From: Candidatus Kerfeldbacteria bacterium
GTDB taxonomy: Bacteria > Patescibacteriota > Patescibacteriia > UBA9570 > XYC2-FULL-38-9
DNA length: 64,000 bases
Direction of reading: 5' to 3'
Assembly (NCBI GenBank): GCA_016182555.1
Contig: JACPGJ010000004.1
Coordinates: 14,751 to 78,750 of the forward strand
Made by a program: the position numbers and the translations under genes. Positions 29,345 to 38,909 of this stretch are shown here, one piece after another (position 1 is the first letter of the stretch; each line of letters starts with the position of its first letter). The notes below the pieces were generated by a model that was given only the letters and a program-made list of their open reading frames with translations, made no database searches and was not told the DNA's origin.

Positions 29345-30310
29345 CTATTGTTTCTCTTCTACTAATGAACGAAAATATTCTGCATAGCTGTGTAAAATAG
29401 CCGTACGCTGTGTAGCAAATTCATCAGGCCAGTAAATATCAATGCCATTACTTAATTCTATAAGCTTTGGCTTTCCTTTTTCATTAAAAAAGAAATCGAC
29501 CATAAATAGTTTATGCGGAAATAACGCAAAATGATTTTGTATTTTTTTAATAATCACCAGAATAGATTTTGGTATTTTTGCTATTGGCACAAGAATCATT
29601 TTACCATTCTGTTGTAGGTTACACAGCAGTTTTCCTGGCGCAGGAATACGCATATAGGAAATGATTATCGTATCATCAATGAGCACTACTCGAAAATCAT
29701 GCGTACCAATGTACAGATTCGGCACTCCGGCACGCGTATCGATGAATTCTTGCACAATCGAAGGAACACTCACCTGCACTGTAGCGGTTTGTGAACGTAA
29801 AACAATTTGGATACCCTTCCCACCAGAACCAAAACGCGGTTTTACGACTATGCGTGTTGTACGAATTTTTTTTGCTGCTGCCTGTAACTCTTGTGCATTA
29901 TTCACTGGAATAGTTTGTGGGACATCATCCGGAAATAACAGCGGAACAAAAATTTTATCTGAAGTGATGAGTTGTAATTCCACGGGGTTAATAACTGTCG
30001 TATACGCTTCAAGTCGTTGAATATCTGCTAAAAATTCGTAAGATATTCGTGTTTTATCGTGTACAATATCAGGTTGAATAGAACGATGTATTTTATTCCA
30101 TTGACCTTTTTTGAATTCCCAATATTTTGTAAACTGCTTTCCATCAAACCAACTCAAACACACCCGTACCATACGCACATGGTAATCTTTATCCGCGATA
30201 TTATACAATTCTTCATAACATTTACGTTGTAATGTATTGCTAAATGGATGTTCTTTATGCCAATCACTTCCTAAAAATAGCATGGCGACAACTGGCTTCT
30301 TTTTGCGCAT
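29345..30310 (-). CDS. ATP-grasp ligase (RimK/YheD-like), paralog 3
   Basis: SDK, VVKPRFGSGGKGI, VQEFI, DFRV, CNLQQNG, VDFF...IELS. Confidence 0.8.
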   Translation of the reverse strand: MRKKKPVVAMLFLGSDWHKEHPFSNTLQRKCYEELYNIADKDYHVRMVRVCLSWFDGKQFTKYWEFKKGQWNKIHRSIQPDIVHDKTRISYEFLADIQRLEAYTTVINPVELQLITSDKIFVPLLFPDDVPQTIPVNNAQELQAAAKKIRTTRIVVKPRFGSGGKGIQIVLRSQTATVQVSVPSIVQEFIDTRAGVPNLYIGTHDFRVVLIDDTIIISYMRIPAPGKLLCNLQQNGKMILVPIAKIPKSILVIIKKIQNHFALFPHKLFMVDFFFNEKGKPKLIELSNGIDIYWPDEFATQRTAILHSYAEYFRSLVEEKQ

Positions 30311-30389
30311 AGACGTATAAAGTAAAATCTTAAAATGTGGCTAATGTTACTATAGCACACTCTCGAGATCTATATGACAAAAAATAGCT

Positions 30390-31364
30390 CTACTTCACTT
30401 TGAATGTTTTTTGCTCTATCAACTCTGTAAAATACTGTAAATACGTATGTGCAAGATAATAAAATTCTTTATCAAATTCCTTTGGCCAATAAATATTAAT
30501 ACCGGTATTCATTTCAATAAGCAATGGTTTATTTTTAAAAAAGAAAAAATCAATCATGAAAATGGCATGAGGGAATATAGAAAAACGGTTTTGAATTATT
30601 TGAACCGATGATCGCACAGATGATGGCAATTGATTCAAACGTAACCGCACTAATTCTGCACCCTGTGAAACATTGCACAATAGCTGATTTGTTTTTGCCG
30701 CACGAATATACGTGAGTACCACCCTTCCTCCAACCACAATACATCGTAAATCATGGATACCTTTGTACACACCAGGGATACCGGCTCGCGAATTAATAAA
30801 AGACTGAACAATCATGTGTGGACCAATTCGAAGCGTAGCAATATCGTGGCGATCTACAATTTGAATACCCAGCCCACTGTGACCAAAACGAGGTTTCACA
30901 ATAATTTTTTTTGTGGGTATTTTTTTCACTGCCAGCACTAAATCGTGCTCGGTATTAACGGCATAGGTTGGTGGCACCAGGTCGGGAAAAGCAATCGCAG
31001 GAAATAATTTATCTGAAATTTGCATTTCTAATTCCCACGGATTCACCACAAGAAATCGTTCACACATACTTTGCAACAGCGGTAGTGCTTCATATCGAAA
31101 TGAAGCTTTATTGTGAATCAAGTCAGGCACAATAGCTTTATTCATTTTTTTCCATTTTCCATGAGTGAATGTCCAATATTTTTTAAATGCTTTACCATCA
31201 AACCATTCTATAGCCACACGAATGCATTGAATATCATATTCATTATTAGCCAATGTATAAAAATCTTCATAACGCTTGCGTTGAAGTTCGTTAGAAAATG
31301 GTTGAGACTTCTCCCAATCACTCCCTGCATATAGTAGTGCAACAATATAACGATTCTTTTTCAT
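30390..31364 (-). CDS. ATP-grasp ligase (RimK/YheD-like), paralog 2
   Basis: SDK, IVKPRFGHSGLGI, VQSFI, DLRC, CNVSQG, IDFF...IEMN. Confidence 0.8.
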   Translation of the reverse strand: MKKNRYIVALLYAGSDWEKSQPFSNELQRKRYEDFYTLANNEYDIQCIRVAIEWFDGKAFKKYWTFTHGKWKKMNKAIVPDLIHNKASFRYEALPLLQSMCERFLVVNPWELEMQISDKLFPAIAFPDLVPPTYAVNTEHDLVLAVKKIPTKKIIVKPRFGHSGLGIQIVDRHDIATLRIGPHMIVQSFINSRAGIPGVYKGIHDLRCIVVGGRVVLTYIRAAKTNQLLCNVSQGAELVRLRLNQLPSSVRSSVQIIQNRFSIFPHAIFMIDFFFFKNKPLLIEMNTGINIYWPKEFDKEFYYLAHTYLQYFTELIEQKTFKVK

Positions 31365-31367
31365 AAT

Positions 31368-32198
31368 TTATTTCGTCATATGCTCATTCACAAGCTTCGA
31401 GAGTGCTTCTGTATCTGGAATCCAATAATATAGCTCCTTGCCAAAAGCTGGTGTATATATCTTCCCGCTTGCACCCGGTACAGAAGCTTCAACAATATCA
31501 CCAGTGGAAAAATGGCCATTCCGTGCAATACCAGCGCCCACGGCAAAACGAATCGATTGCAGTTGCGAATACCGTAACCGTGCTTGATTTGAATCTTCAA
31601 AATATTGCAGTAGCATGCGCATCTTCGTTGGAGTGACTGCTTTCATCACTAAAGAGCGCAATACTTCACGTTCATCGGCTTGTCGATTAAAATCTGAACG
31701 ACCATTGGTAAAGCGATCGCGAATAATTGCCAAGGCTGCAGCACCGTTTGTTGTCGTGCCGTCGACTGTTGTTCCGCCCAAATTATTCACAATCTCTTCA
31801 AAACTTCTGAATGTCACTTCAACCGTGGTGTCTATATGCATACTAATCAGCGTTTCAACCTGCTGTTGAGTAAGTTCGATGTTGCCCAACTCTTTCCCGT
31901 CATCTGGTCGTTCACCAAATGCATAAAAATGAGTGATTTTTTGCAATCCCCACTCCTGGTCATCAATTTTCGTATCACGAGGAATGCTCAATAAAAATAT
32001 TGGCTGTTTTGGATTTTTTGGAATAGACAACAAAAACAAAACATCTGATCGTGCACGCTCCGTACCACGTTGATCTGAACCAACAAACAAGATCGTATAA
32101 CGCTCCGGCGCAGTAATATAAACAAAAAAGAGAGTAGAAATAATAAGAATACACATCGTGAACAGAAATCCAAACAGAAATGCATTCACCCTCTTCAT
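31368..32198 (-). CDS. LytR-CpsA-Psr (LCP) family cell-wall polymer transferase
   Basis: N-terminal TM, ILFVGSDQR, RSD, LSIPRDT, RDR...SDFNR; start at 32198, 1 nt after the upstream stop. Confidence 0.85.
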   Translation of the reverse strand: MKRVNAFLFGFLFTMCILIISTLFFVYITAPERYTILFVGSDQRGTERARSDVLFLLSIPKNPKQPIFLLSIPRDTKIDDQEWGLQKITHFYAFGERPDDGKELGNIELTQQQVETLISMHIDTTVEVTFRSFEEIVNNLGGTTVDGTTTNGAAALAIIRDRFTNGRSDFNRQADEREVLRSLVMKAVTPTKMRMLLQYFEDSNQARLRYSQLQSIRFAVGAGIARNGHFSTGDIVEASVPGASGKIYTPAFGKELYYWIPDTEALSKLVNEHMTK

Positions 32199-32199
32199 A

Positions 32200-33153
32200 C
32201 TAGGCAACAAGTGTTGAAAAATAACGTAAATATGCATGATATAATTTCGTTCGATTTTTCAGAAATTCTGGTGGGAAGAAAAAATCTGCCTTGGCGTTCA
32301 ATTCAACAATGAGTGGTCGACCGTTAGTAAAGAAAAAATCTGCTGTATACACTTTATAAGGAAACAAAGAAAGAGATTTTTGAATTGAGCGAATGATTGG
32401 AAAAACTGTTTTGGGAATTTCGGATATGGAAATAAACCGTGCCCCACCCTGTTGGGACATATTACATAATAATGTTCCAGGAGCAGGGGTACGAATATAG
32501 GCACCAATGATTTTTTCTCCTGTAAAAAGCATCCGCAAATCATGGATAGATGGATAGACATTGGGAATACCTTTCTGCGTATCAATGAATTCTTGCACAA
32601 TAATTGGAAATCGAATCTGTTTCTCACGAATTGCTGACTTTGCAGCGATAATAATTCCCGCACCACCTAAACCAATGCGCGGTTTAATCACTACTTTTTT
32701 TCCAGGAACACGCCGCAGTGCAGCACGTAACTCTTCTGAAGTGTTAGCATGTGTTGTATACGGAATATATTGTGGAAAAAGAATAGGTAAAAATAATTTA
32801 TCACTGACTAACAATTCTAATTCCCAGGGATTCACCAGCACATACTGTGTGGCGATTTCTTTTTTCACTGGAATCGTTTCATATGCAAATGCGGATTTAT
32901 CTAAAATAATATCTGGAATAATAGAACGTGTTATTTTTTGCCAACGTTTATTTTTATATGCCCAAAATTGTCGAAAAGACTTACCCTGAAACCAATCAAT
33001 GCATACACGCACAATGGTCATCTGATATTCTTTTTCAGCCAATGCGTACAACTGTTCATAACATTCGCGCTGAATGCTATTTGTAAAAGGTATTTTTTTT
33101 CGCGCGTCATCGCCTGAATACAGGATAGCGAGAATTTTATTTTTCATAGGCAT
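32200..33153 (-). CDS. ATP-grasp ligase (RimK/YheD-like), paralog 1
   Basis: SDK, VIKPRIGLGGAGI, VQEFI, DLRM, CNMSQQG, ADFF...VELN. Confidence 0.8.
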   Translation of the reverse strand: MPMKNKILAILYSGDDARKKIPFTNSIQRECYEQLYALAEKEYQMTIVRVCIDWFQGKSFRQFWAYKNKRWQKITRSIIPDIILDKSAFAYETIPVKKEIATQYVLVNPWELELLVSDKLFLPILFPQYIPYTTHANTSEELRAALRRVPGKKVVIKPRIGLGGAGIIIAAKSAIREKQIRFPIIVQEFIDTQKGIPNVYPSIHDLRMLFTGEKIIGAYIRTPAPGTLLCNMSQQGGARFISISEIPKTVFPIIRSIQKSLSLFPYKVYTADFFFTNGRPLIVELNAKADFFFPPEFLKNRTKLYHAYLRYFSTLVA

Positions 33154-34164
33154 TTATTTATTCATCCACGCTTGAATGAGTAATCGTTTGACATTGACCC
33201 CCTGCCCTTCCACTATCGGTTTTTCATGAATAGCGTAATCTGGATTATTATTCATTTCAATAACAGCGTAGCATTGTTTTGGATTATTCGATGTAATATC
33301 TTCAGTCACTAAATCGATACCAACAAAATCTACCCCTAACGTACGAGCACTATCAATCGCTACTTTTTTAAATCGAGCACTGATACGATCCGTATAATCT
33401 ATTGCTCGCCCACCCTGACTAATGTTTGCCACAGCACGTACTTGCACCTGTTGACCTTTCGGTAATATGGATGAGAGCTTGAGAGAACACCGCTTGAGTG
33501 TCGCTCGCACTTCTGCATCGACGATCAATTGAAAAGCATCTGGGCGATCCTGATTCAATGCAAAAATCAATTCATGAATGGAAGACGTGCCGTCTCCAAT
33601 CAATGTTGCTGGAATTCGCATGACACAAGCAATCACTTTGCCCCGCAATACCAACACACGATGATCATTGCCAGGAACCATCTCCTCAATTAAACAATGT
33701 CGCGGATGTTCTGGGTTCAAGCTTTGCTTTTTTGTATAGAGGCTCAAAACAGCATTCATCGCGGCTTGTAATTCGGAATTATTTTTTATATTGAGATGTA
33801 CCCCCATTCCCTTCCATAAATCAATCGGCTTCACGACGACAGGAAATTTGAGATGTGCTTTTTTTCTTTGCTGAACCGCTTCTTGGGGCGTCGTTGCTGT
33901 GGTCCCTTTTGGCGTAGAAATACCCTGTCGAGAGAGCAACATTTTTGTTAACTCTTTGTTGATCGTAAAATAACTATTGGGTTGAGTATTAAAAAATAAT
34001 TCTTCATTATATAAATACGCTTTTTTTCCTTTGTAACTCAGCTCAATTAAACGAAATTGCTCTGCAATAAAACGCATCTTTACTCCCATCTGCTGCATTT
34101 CCATGCACAGGTTTTTTTTATACGGATGTTCCAGTGAGTTAATATATCTGTTTATTGCGTTCAT
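33154..34164 (-). CDS. ATP-grasp ligase like the cyanophycin synthetase N-terminal / GshF C-terminal domain (stand-alone)
   Basis: NKELTK, PVVVKP...GMGV, GNDHRVLV, GDGTSSI, ANISQGG, GIDL, IEMNNNP; no Mur-ligase half. Confidence 0.82.
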   Translation of the reverse strand: MNAINRYINSLEHPYKKNLCMEMQQMGVKMRFIAEQFRLIELSYKGKKAYLYNEELFFNTQPNSYFTINKELTKMLLSRQGISTPKGTTATTPQEAVQQRKKAHLKFPVVVKPIDLWKGMGVHLNIKNNSELQAAMNAVLSLYTKKQSLNPEHPRHCLIEEMVPGNDHRVLVLRGKVIACVMRIPATLIGDGTSSIHELIFALNQDRPDAFQLIVDAEVRATLKRCSLKLSSILPKGQQVQVRAVANISQGGRAIDYTDRISARFKKVAIDSARTLGVDFVGIDLVTEDITSNNPKQCYAVIEMNNNPDYAIHEKPIVEGQGVNVKRLLIQAWMNK

Positions 34165-34175
34165 AATACTATAGA

Positions 34176-35147
34176 CTATTCAGTTATAGACGCTCGAGAT
34201 AAATCTGGACCGGAGAAGAATGTAGCTCCTGTAAAAAATAGAAGAATCAGCAACGCATACGTATGGCTTTCAATAGCTCTATACTCTGCGTCTGTTTCTA
34301 GTGTTTCAAAAGATATGTAGTCATCAACAACACTCTGTAGCATTGCCCACGCTTCTGCATACTGAACCTCAAAATGACATAATTTCATACATAATGCAAC
34401 TTCAATAAGTGTATCGATATCGGTGCGCTGGCGGATTTCTTCAATATGATTCGCGAAATACATGATGATCCATTCGTATTGCCCAGGTAAATCGTGCTCA
34501 TAATACTGAGTATCCGCCAAAATAATATGGGTCATGCTATATATCACGGAATGATATTCGTCATCCGTGAGGTCCGCGACTAATTCATCACTGGCGTTAA
34601 AATAGATCTTTCGAAATAGCTGCTGTGCTTCTTCGAATAATGCTGAAGAAACGTGAATGTGTTTGAGAAAGGCTAACGTGTTGAATGTAAAAGAACTATT
34701 ATACCGAATCGCCTCTTCATTGATATACAGCGTTCTCAGCTCATCGAGAGACAATTGGGAAAGGAGTTGCGGATATTGCTGCGCATACATTGTCATATGC
34801 AATCCATATTTCTGTATAAAAAAAAGATGGTGGATAAAACGATCAAAAAATTGTAACTTGGGTTGCTGTTGATACAGGTCTTCTCTTTTTTTTCTGCGTT
34901 CACTGAATTTTTTATAATAATAATGACGCGTATAGGAAAACTGACCAGTTTTCAATAGCGCCAAATCAGCAACAATTCGCGGTTGCTTCACCAAAAAAAA
35001 ATAAAACGCGATAATTTTTTTATACTGCTCTTCACCGGTCACCTTATATGCTCGATAGGCAAAATGCGCCAGGTTATCTAGAGGAAGTGATGCACAGTTT
35101 CTATTGTAGATATCCAGAATGCGTTTTGAAGAGATTGCGCTATGCAT
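34176..35147 (-). CDS. DUF3541-like helical protein
   Basis: AHFAYRAYK..., IYSMTHIILADTQYY, WIIMYF..., DTLIEV, ESH resemble DUF3541 motifs as I recall them. Confidence 0.6.
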   Translation of the reverse strand: MHSAISSKRILDIYNRNCASLPLDNLAHFAYRAYKVTGEEQYKKIIAFYFFLVKQPRIVADLALLKTGQFSYTRHYYYKKFSERRKKREDLYQQQPKLQFFDRFIHHLFFIQKYGLHMTMYAQQYPQLLSQLSLDELRTLYINEEAIRYNSSFTFNTLAFLKHIHVSSALFEEAQQLFRKIYFNASDELVADLTDDEYHSVIYSMTHIILADTQYYEHDLPGQYEWIIMYFANHIEEIRQRTDIDTLIEVALCMKLCHFEVQYAEAWAMLQSVVDDYISFETLETDAEYRAIESHTYALLILLFFTGATFFSGPDLSRASITE

Positions 35148-35161
35148 AGATTGCGGGAATA

Positions 35162-35374
35162 CTATTGATATTTATTTTTGAGCGTTTGAATCGTATTCTC
35201 AGTTTCCTGTAACACTTTCTTTAATTGCTGAGCGATTTTGAGGCCACGTTCAAATTCTTTCAAACCTTCGGTGAGATCCAGTTCATCGGTTTCAAATTTC
35301 TGCACAAGCTGCTCTAATTCTTCAAATTGTTGAGCAAAGGTGGCGGTTGGTGTAACCTGTTTCTTTTTTGGCAT
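35162..35374 (-). CDS. xseB: Exodeoxyribonuclease VII small subunit
   Basis: FAQQFEELEQLV...LTEGLKEFERG; follows xseA. Confidence 0.92.
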   Translation of the reverse strand: MPKKKQVTPTATFAQQFEELEQLVQKFETDELDLTEGLKEFERGLKIAQQLKKVLQETENTIQTLKNKYQ

Positions 35375-35385
35375 ATAAACGAAAA

Positions 35386-36546
35386 TTATTTTTTGACAAT
35401 TGAACGCACTCTACCATCCAGCAACACCGTCGTCAATTCGTCACCAGTATGAGTAGCGGCTGCTGTTTTGAGTACGCGACCTTGAGCGTCAAGCGTAAGA
35501 CTGAAACCACGCTTGAGAATATGGCGTGGATTCAACGATTCAAGCAAACGGACAACATGATCAATCCGCTGCTGCTGTGATTGAATGCGGTTCGTGAACT
35601 GGTTGAACGCCTGGTCGAGACGACGTTCCATGGTTTGAAAAGTGGTAAGCTGTGTTCGTGTATAGACTTCGAGCGTATTCACCGCGTCATGTAAACGCTG
35701 TTGGTGGTTATAGACAGCTGATTCGAAAGAGCGTTCACAACGATTCAGCAGATGACCAATCTCTGCTGTGACGTCATCACGATGCGGCACAACAAGCTCA
35801 GCCGCGTTGGATGGCGTGGATGCACGAACATCAGCCGCCAAGTCAGCCAGAGTAATATCGCGTTCGTGGCCAACAGCGGAAACCACGGGAATAGTAGAAG
35901 CAAAAATCGCGCGCACCACCTCTTCGGTATTAAACGCTTGCAAATCTTCAAGCGAACCACCACCACGAGTAAGAATAAGCGCGTCCAGTTCGGGCATTTC
36001 TTCATTGAATGCCGCAAGCGCGGCCACAATACTATTTGCGGCGGCTGCGCCTTGCACCTGAGCGTTCACATGATAAATCTGCAATCCACTCCAACGATTA
36101 TTCAAAATGCGCAGCACGTCGGTATACGCCGCGGCGTCACGACTAGTCACCAGCCCAATGTGACGAGGGAAACGTGGGAGCGAGCGTTTACGGCTGTCAT
36201 CAAACAACCCTTCTTTGCTGAGTTTTGTTTTGAGTAACTCATACGCTTTTTGTAATGAGCCTTCACCAACAAGTTCAACGCTGCGTGGCTGAAAAACAAA
36301 TTGTCCCTTTTTGAACAATGTTGGCGAGCCGACAATGCGAACTTCCATCCCTTCTTCCAGCGGCACCTGCAGTTTGAACGCGAGCATAAAACATTTAAGC
36401 ACCGTTGAATCATCCACAATCGAAAACCAGACAAAGCGATTTTGGGAAATATGAAAATCGGAAATCTCTCCTTGGATCGCTACCGTTACTTGGCCAAGGA
36501 GTTCATTTATTTCGGTGCGGAATTCTGAAACAGTGTAGATGCGCAT
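35386..36546 (-). CDS. xseA: Exodeoxyribonuclease VII large subunit
   Basis: GEISDF, RGGGSLEDL...FN, SAVGHERD, TPSNAAE. Confidence 0.96.
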   Translation of the reverse strand: MRIYTVSEFRTEINELLGQVTVAIQGEISDFHISQNRFVWFSIVDDSTVLKCFMLAFKLQVPLEEGMEVRIVGSPTLFKKGQFVFQPRSVELVGEGSLQKAYELLKTKLSKEGLFDDSRKRSLPRFPRHIGLVTSRDAAAYTDVLRILNNRWSGLQIYHVNAQVQGAAAANSIVAALAAFNEEMPELDALILTRGGGSLEDLQAFNTEEVVRAIFASTIPVVSAVGHERDITLADLAADVRASTPSNAAELVVPHRDDVTAEIGHLLNRCERSFESAVYNHQQRLHDAVNTLEVYTRTQLTTFQTMERRLDQAFNQFTNRIQSQQQRIDHVVRLLESLNPRHILKRGFSLTLDAQGRVLKTAAATHTGDELTTVLLDGRVRSIVKK

Positions 36547-36785
36547 TAATATCCTGCCCCTACTTCAAACTGATAATTATCCAAACGTGAAATATAGTGT
36601 GCTTTTCCTGTATATGTTGAACGAATATACTGCTGTTTTCCACCTAATAACTCATTCCACTGCTGCACATTATTTGGATCGGCAAAAAATGCAGCGAACC
36701 CATCAACTGTTCCCTGGTCAACCGTATCAGCCCCAATAAATATGCGTTCTGCTCGATCAATATAACTTTTAGCGGAATACGCCAT
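36546..36785 (-). CDS. Small hypothetical protein (79 aa)
   Basis: Fills the operon gap and overlaps both neighbours. Confidence 0.55.
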   Translation of the reverse strand: MAYSAKSYIDRAERIFIGADTVDQGTVDGFAAFFADPNNVQQWNELLGGKQQYIRSTYTGKAHYISRLDNYQFEVGAGY

Positions 36786-37362
36786 AATAAAATTCGGTTA
36801 ATGATTGAATGGTGATGTCGGCGCGATGACACGGTTCATGCTCATAGGGGTTCCCCGATCTGCGAATCCAGATGGTTTGTATGCTCGGAAGCACCTGTTT
36901 CATGCGGTCAATCTCGCTACCGCGATCACTAATATAAAGTGTATCACTGCCAGAGGCAATATTCAACTGCTCTATATGCAGCTCTTTTGCGGTGTCAACC
37001 AGGACAATATCATCAAAGAAATGGACCAATCCAGATCCATCAATTTTTCTTCGTTGCCATTGTGGATTGCCGAAAGAAAACAACATTATTCTTTTCCCTT
37101 TTTCAACTGTGATCTGTTCTAAAAATGCTATCGCGTCAGGGTAGACACAATCTTGAGCATCATCAACAATGTGATACGCTTTTTGTAGCGGGTAGCCAGC
37201 CAACAATTGCATATGTGCTTCCAGTGTATACAACTGAGTTTTTTTTAATTCAGCCTCTGCCTTGCGGTATTCATCCTCTGAAACATGAAGGGCGGCCACC
37301 AGCTTTCGCCGCAAACATTCTGTATCAAACAATGTGTAATCAAAATCGATTATGAGTTGCAT
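36769..37362 (-). CDS. HAD-superfamily hydrolase
   Basis: IIDFDYTLFD motif I; YISDRGSE motif IV-like. Confidence 0.8.
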   Translation of the reverse strand: MQLIIDFDYTLFDTECLRRKLVAALHVSEDEYRKAEAELKKTQLYTLEAHMQLLAGYPLQKAYHIVDDAQDCVYPDAIAFLEQITVEKGKRIMLFSFGNPQWQRRKIDGSGLVHFFDDIVLVDTAKELHIEQLNIASGSDTLYISDRGSEIDRMKQVLPSIQTIWIRRSGNPYEHEPCHRADITIQSLTEFYYGVFR

Positions 37363-38186
37363 AATTTCATAATGACGGCGGCGGCTTTTGGTCCAGAAAC
37401 CAACGCGGGATTATTGTCATTTGCGATATCATCAACGATCATCTCATCTAATTTCGCTGGAGCGAGATACCGCTCTACCGTGGCATAAAAATCCTGCGGC
37501 GTAAAATGATCTGTTTCGCCCGGTTTTGTAGAACGGTTACAGATATAGACCACTCGTGCCTTGCTTTGCGCAATCGCTTGTGTTACTCCAGCGACTAATA
37601 AATTCGGAATCAAGCTGGTAAACAGATCGCCCATCGAAAGAACAACCATATCTGCGTCTGCAATCGCTTGGCGTACTTGTGGAGTGGTGGTTGCAGCCGG
37701 ATCTAGCCACACAGATTCGATCCGCAACGAAGGATCGTGCTTGGGAATGTCGATATTCGTTTCGCCGCGGACAATTGAACCATCTTCCAAGCGCGCAATG
37801 AGATTGGTTTGTTCAAGTGTCACTGGTAATACGTTTCCACGAATCTGATATCGCTCTTGAATATGCTGCAATGCTTCATGAACATCGCCATATTTCTGAA
37901 AAGCTTCTAACAATACTAAATTTCCAACCGTATGCCCAGCATTCGGACCATCCGAAAAACGATGCTCCCATTCGGAAACGAGTTCAGGCCGCGCAGAAAG
38001 CGCAGCGAGACATCGACGAATATCCCCTGGCGGTAAAATGCCATACTTTTCACGTAAGCGTCCACTTGAACCACCATTATCAATAGTTGTCACAATCGCC
38101 GTGAGATCAACATCATACTCACGCAACCCACGCAACAACTCTGGCTGACCGGTGCCTCCACCAATGGTGACAATTCGCTTACGCAT
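37350..38186 (-). CDS. yvcK: YvcK/GlmR (CofD-like) UDP-GlcNAc-binding protein
   Basis: IGGGTG, DNGGSSG, PPGDIR, GHTVGN, GDLFTSLIPNL. Confidence 0.88.
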   Translation of the reverse strand: MRKRIVTIGGGTGQPELLRGLREYDVDLTAIVTTIDNGGSSGRLREKYGILPPGDIRRCLAALSARPELVSEWEHRFSDGPNAGHTVGNLVLLEAFQKYGDVHEALQHIQERYQIRGNVLPVTLEQTNLIARLEDGSIVRGETNIDIPKHDPSLRIESVWLDPAATTTPQVRQAIADADMVVLSMGDLFTSLIPNLLVAGVTQAIAQSKARVVYICNRSTKPGETDHFTPQDFYATVERYLAPAKLDEMIVDDIANDNNPALVSGPKAAAVIMKLCNS

Positions 38187-38191
38187 AGAGT

Positions 38192-38908
38192 TTAAGAAAA
38201 ATGTTCTTGAATAAATTGCTCAACCAACGGCAGATCTTCTGGTTTGCCCAATTCAATTCCAGCGCCAGCTGGCAAAGAAACCACTTTCACCAGATGCTGC
38301 GCCGCCAATGCATTAATGGCATCTGGAATTTCATATTCACCACGAGGAGACGGAACAACAGCATCAATGGCTGGAAAAATAGCTGGAGTAAAAGAATATA
38401 ATGCATTATTAATTTCGTATGTACCTGGTTCTGAAGATTGTTCGACGATGCGTTTCAACCATCCGTTTTTTTGCTCCACGATACCAAATTGATGGGGCAC
38501 CTGGTATGGCATACTACTGGCACGGCAAAAACCATCTTCAACGCGAAGCGGTGCATACACCTCTGGCGTATAGACCCAATCGCCCATTTGATACACAAAT
38601 GATTGTTCACCAATACTATGGCGAGCGGCTTCAACAACAGAAGCCGTACCATATTTTTCTCCAACGACTTCTGCTTGATCTACCACTTCCACTGGGTAGG
38701 GCAATGATGACAGAAACTCACGCATGCGTGCTGCATGGTGCCCAACGACGACAATAATTCGTTGAAAACCAGCAGCACGAATACTGGACAATGTGTAATA
38801 AAAAAATGGTCGCCCGGCAATTTCGACTAAGTGTTTAGAATGATTCTGCGCCAGGTGCTTCATGCGCGTACCCCGCCCAGCAGCAGCCAGAACAATCGTG
38901 CGAATCAT
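38192..38908 (-). CDS. Sugar-phosphate nucleotidyltransferase (NTP_transferase)
   Basis: LAAAGRGTRM...SKHL, YGTA, SPRGEYEIPDA; start ATG 38908. Confidence 0.85.
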   Translation of the reverse strand: MIRTIVLAAAGRGTRMKHLAQNHSKHLVEIAGRPFFYYTLSSIRAAGFQRIIVVVGHHAARMREFLSSLPYPVEVVDQAEVVGEKYGTASVVEAARHSIGEQSFVYQMGDWVYTPEVYAPLRVEDGFCRASSMPYQVPHQFGIVEQKNGWLKRIVEQSSEPGTYEINNALYSFTPAIFPAIDAVVPSPRGEYEIPDAINALAAQHLVKVVSLPAGAGIELGKPEDLPLVEQFIQEHFS

Positions 38909-38909
38909 A

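Noticed and set aside
33154-34164. Full cyanophycin synthetase CphA or bifunctional GshF
   Set aside because: Only the ATP-grasp domain (336 aa) is present; no Mur-ligase or glutamate-cysteine ligase domain and no cyanophycinase
29345-36785. Graspetide (microviridin-type) RiPP cluster with the 79-aa ORF as precursor
   Set aside because: The small ORF has no repeated T/S/K...D/E core motifs and is separated from the ligases by xseAB
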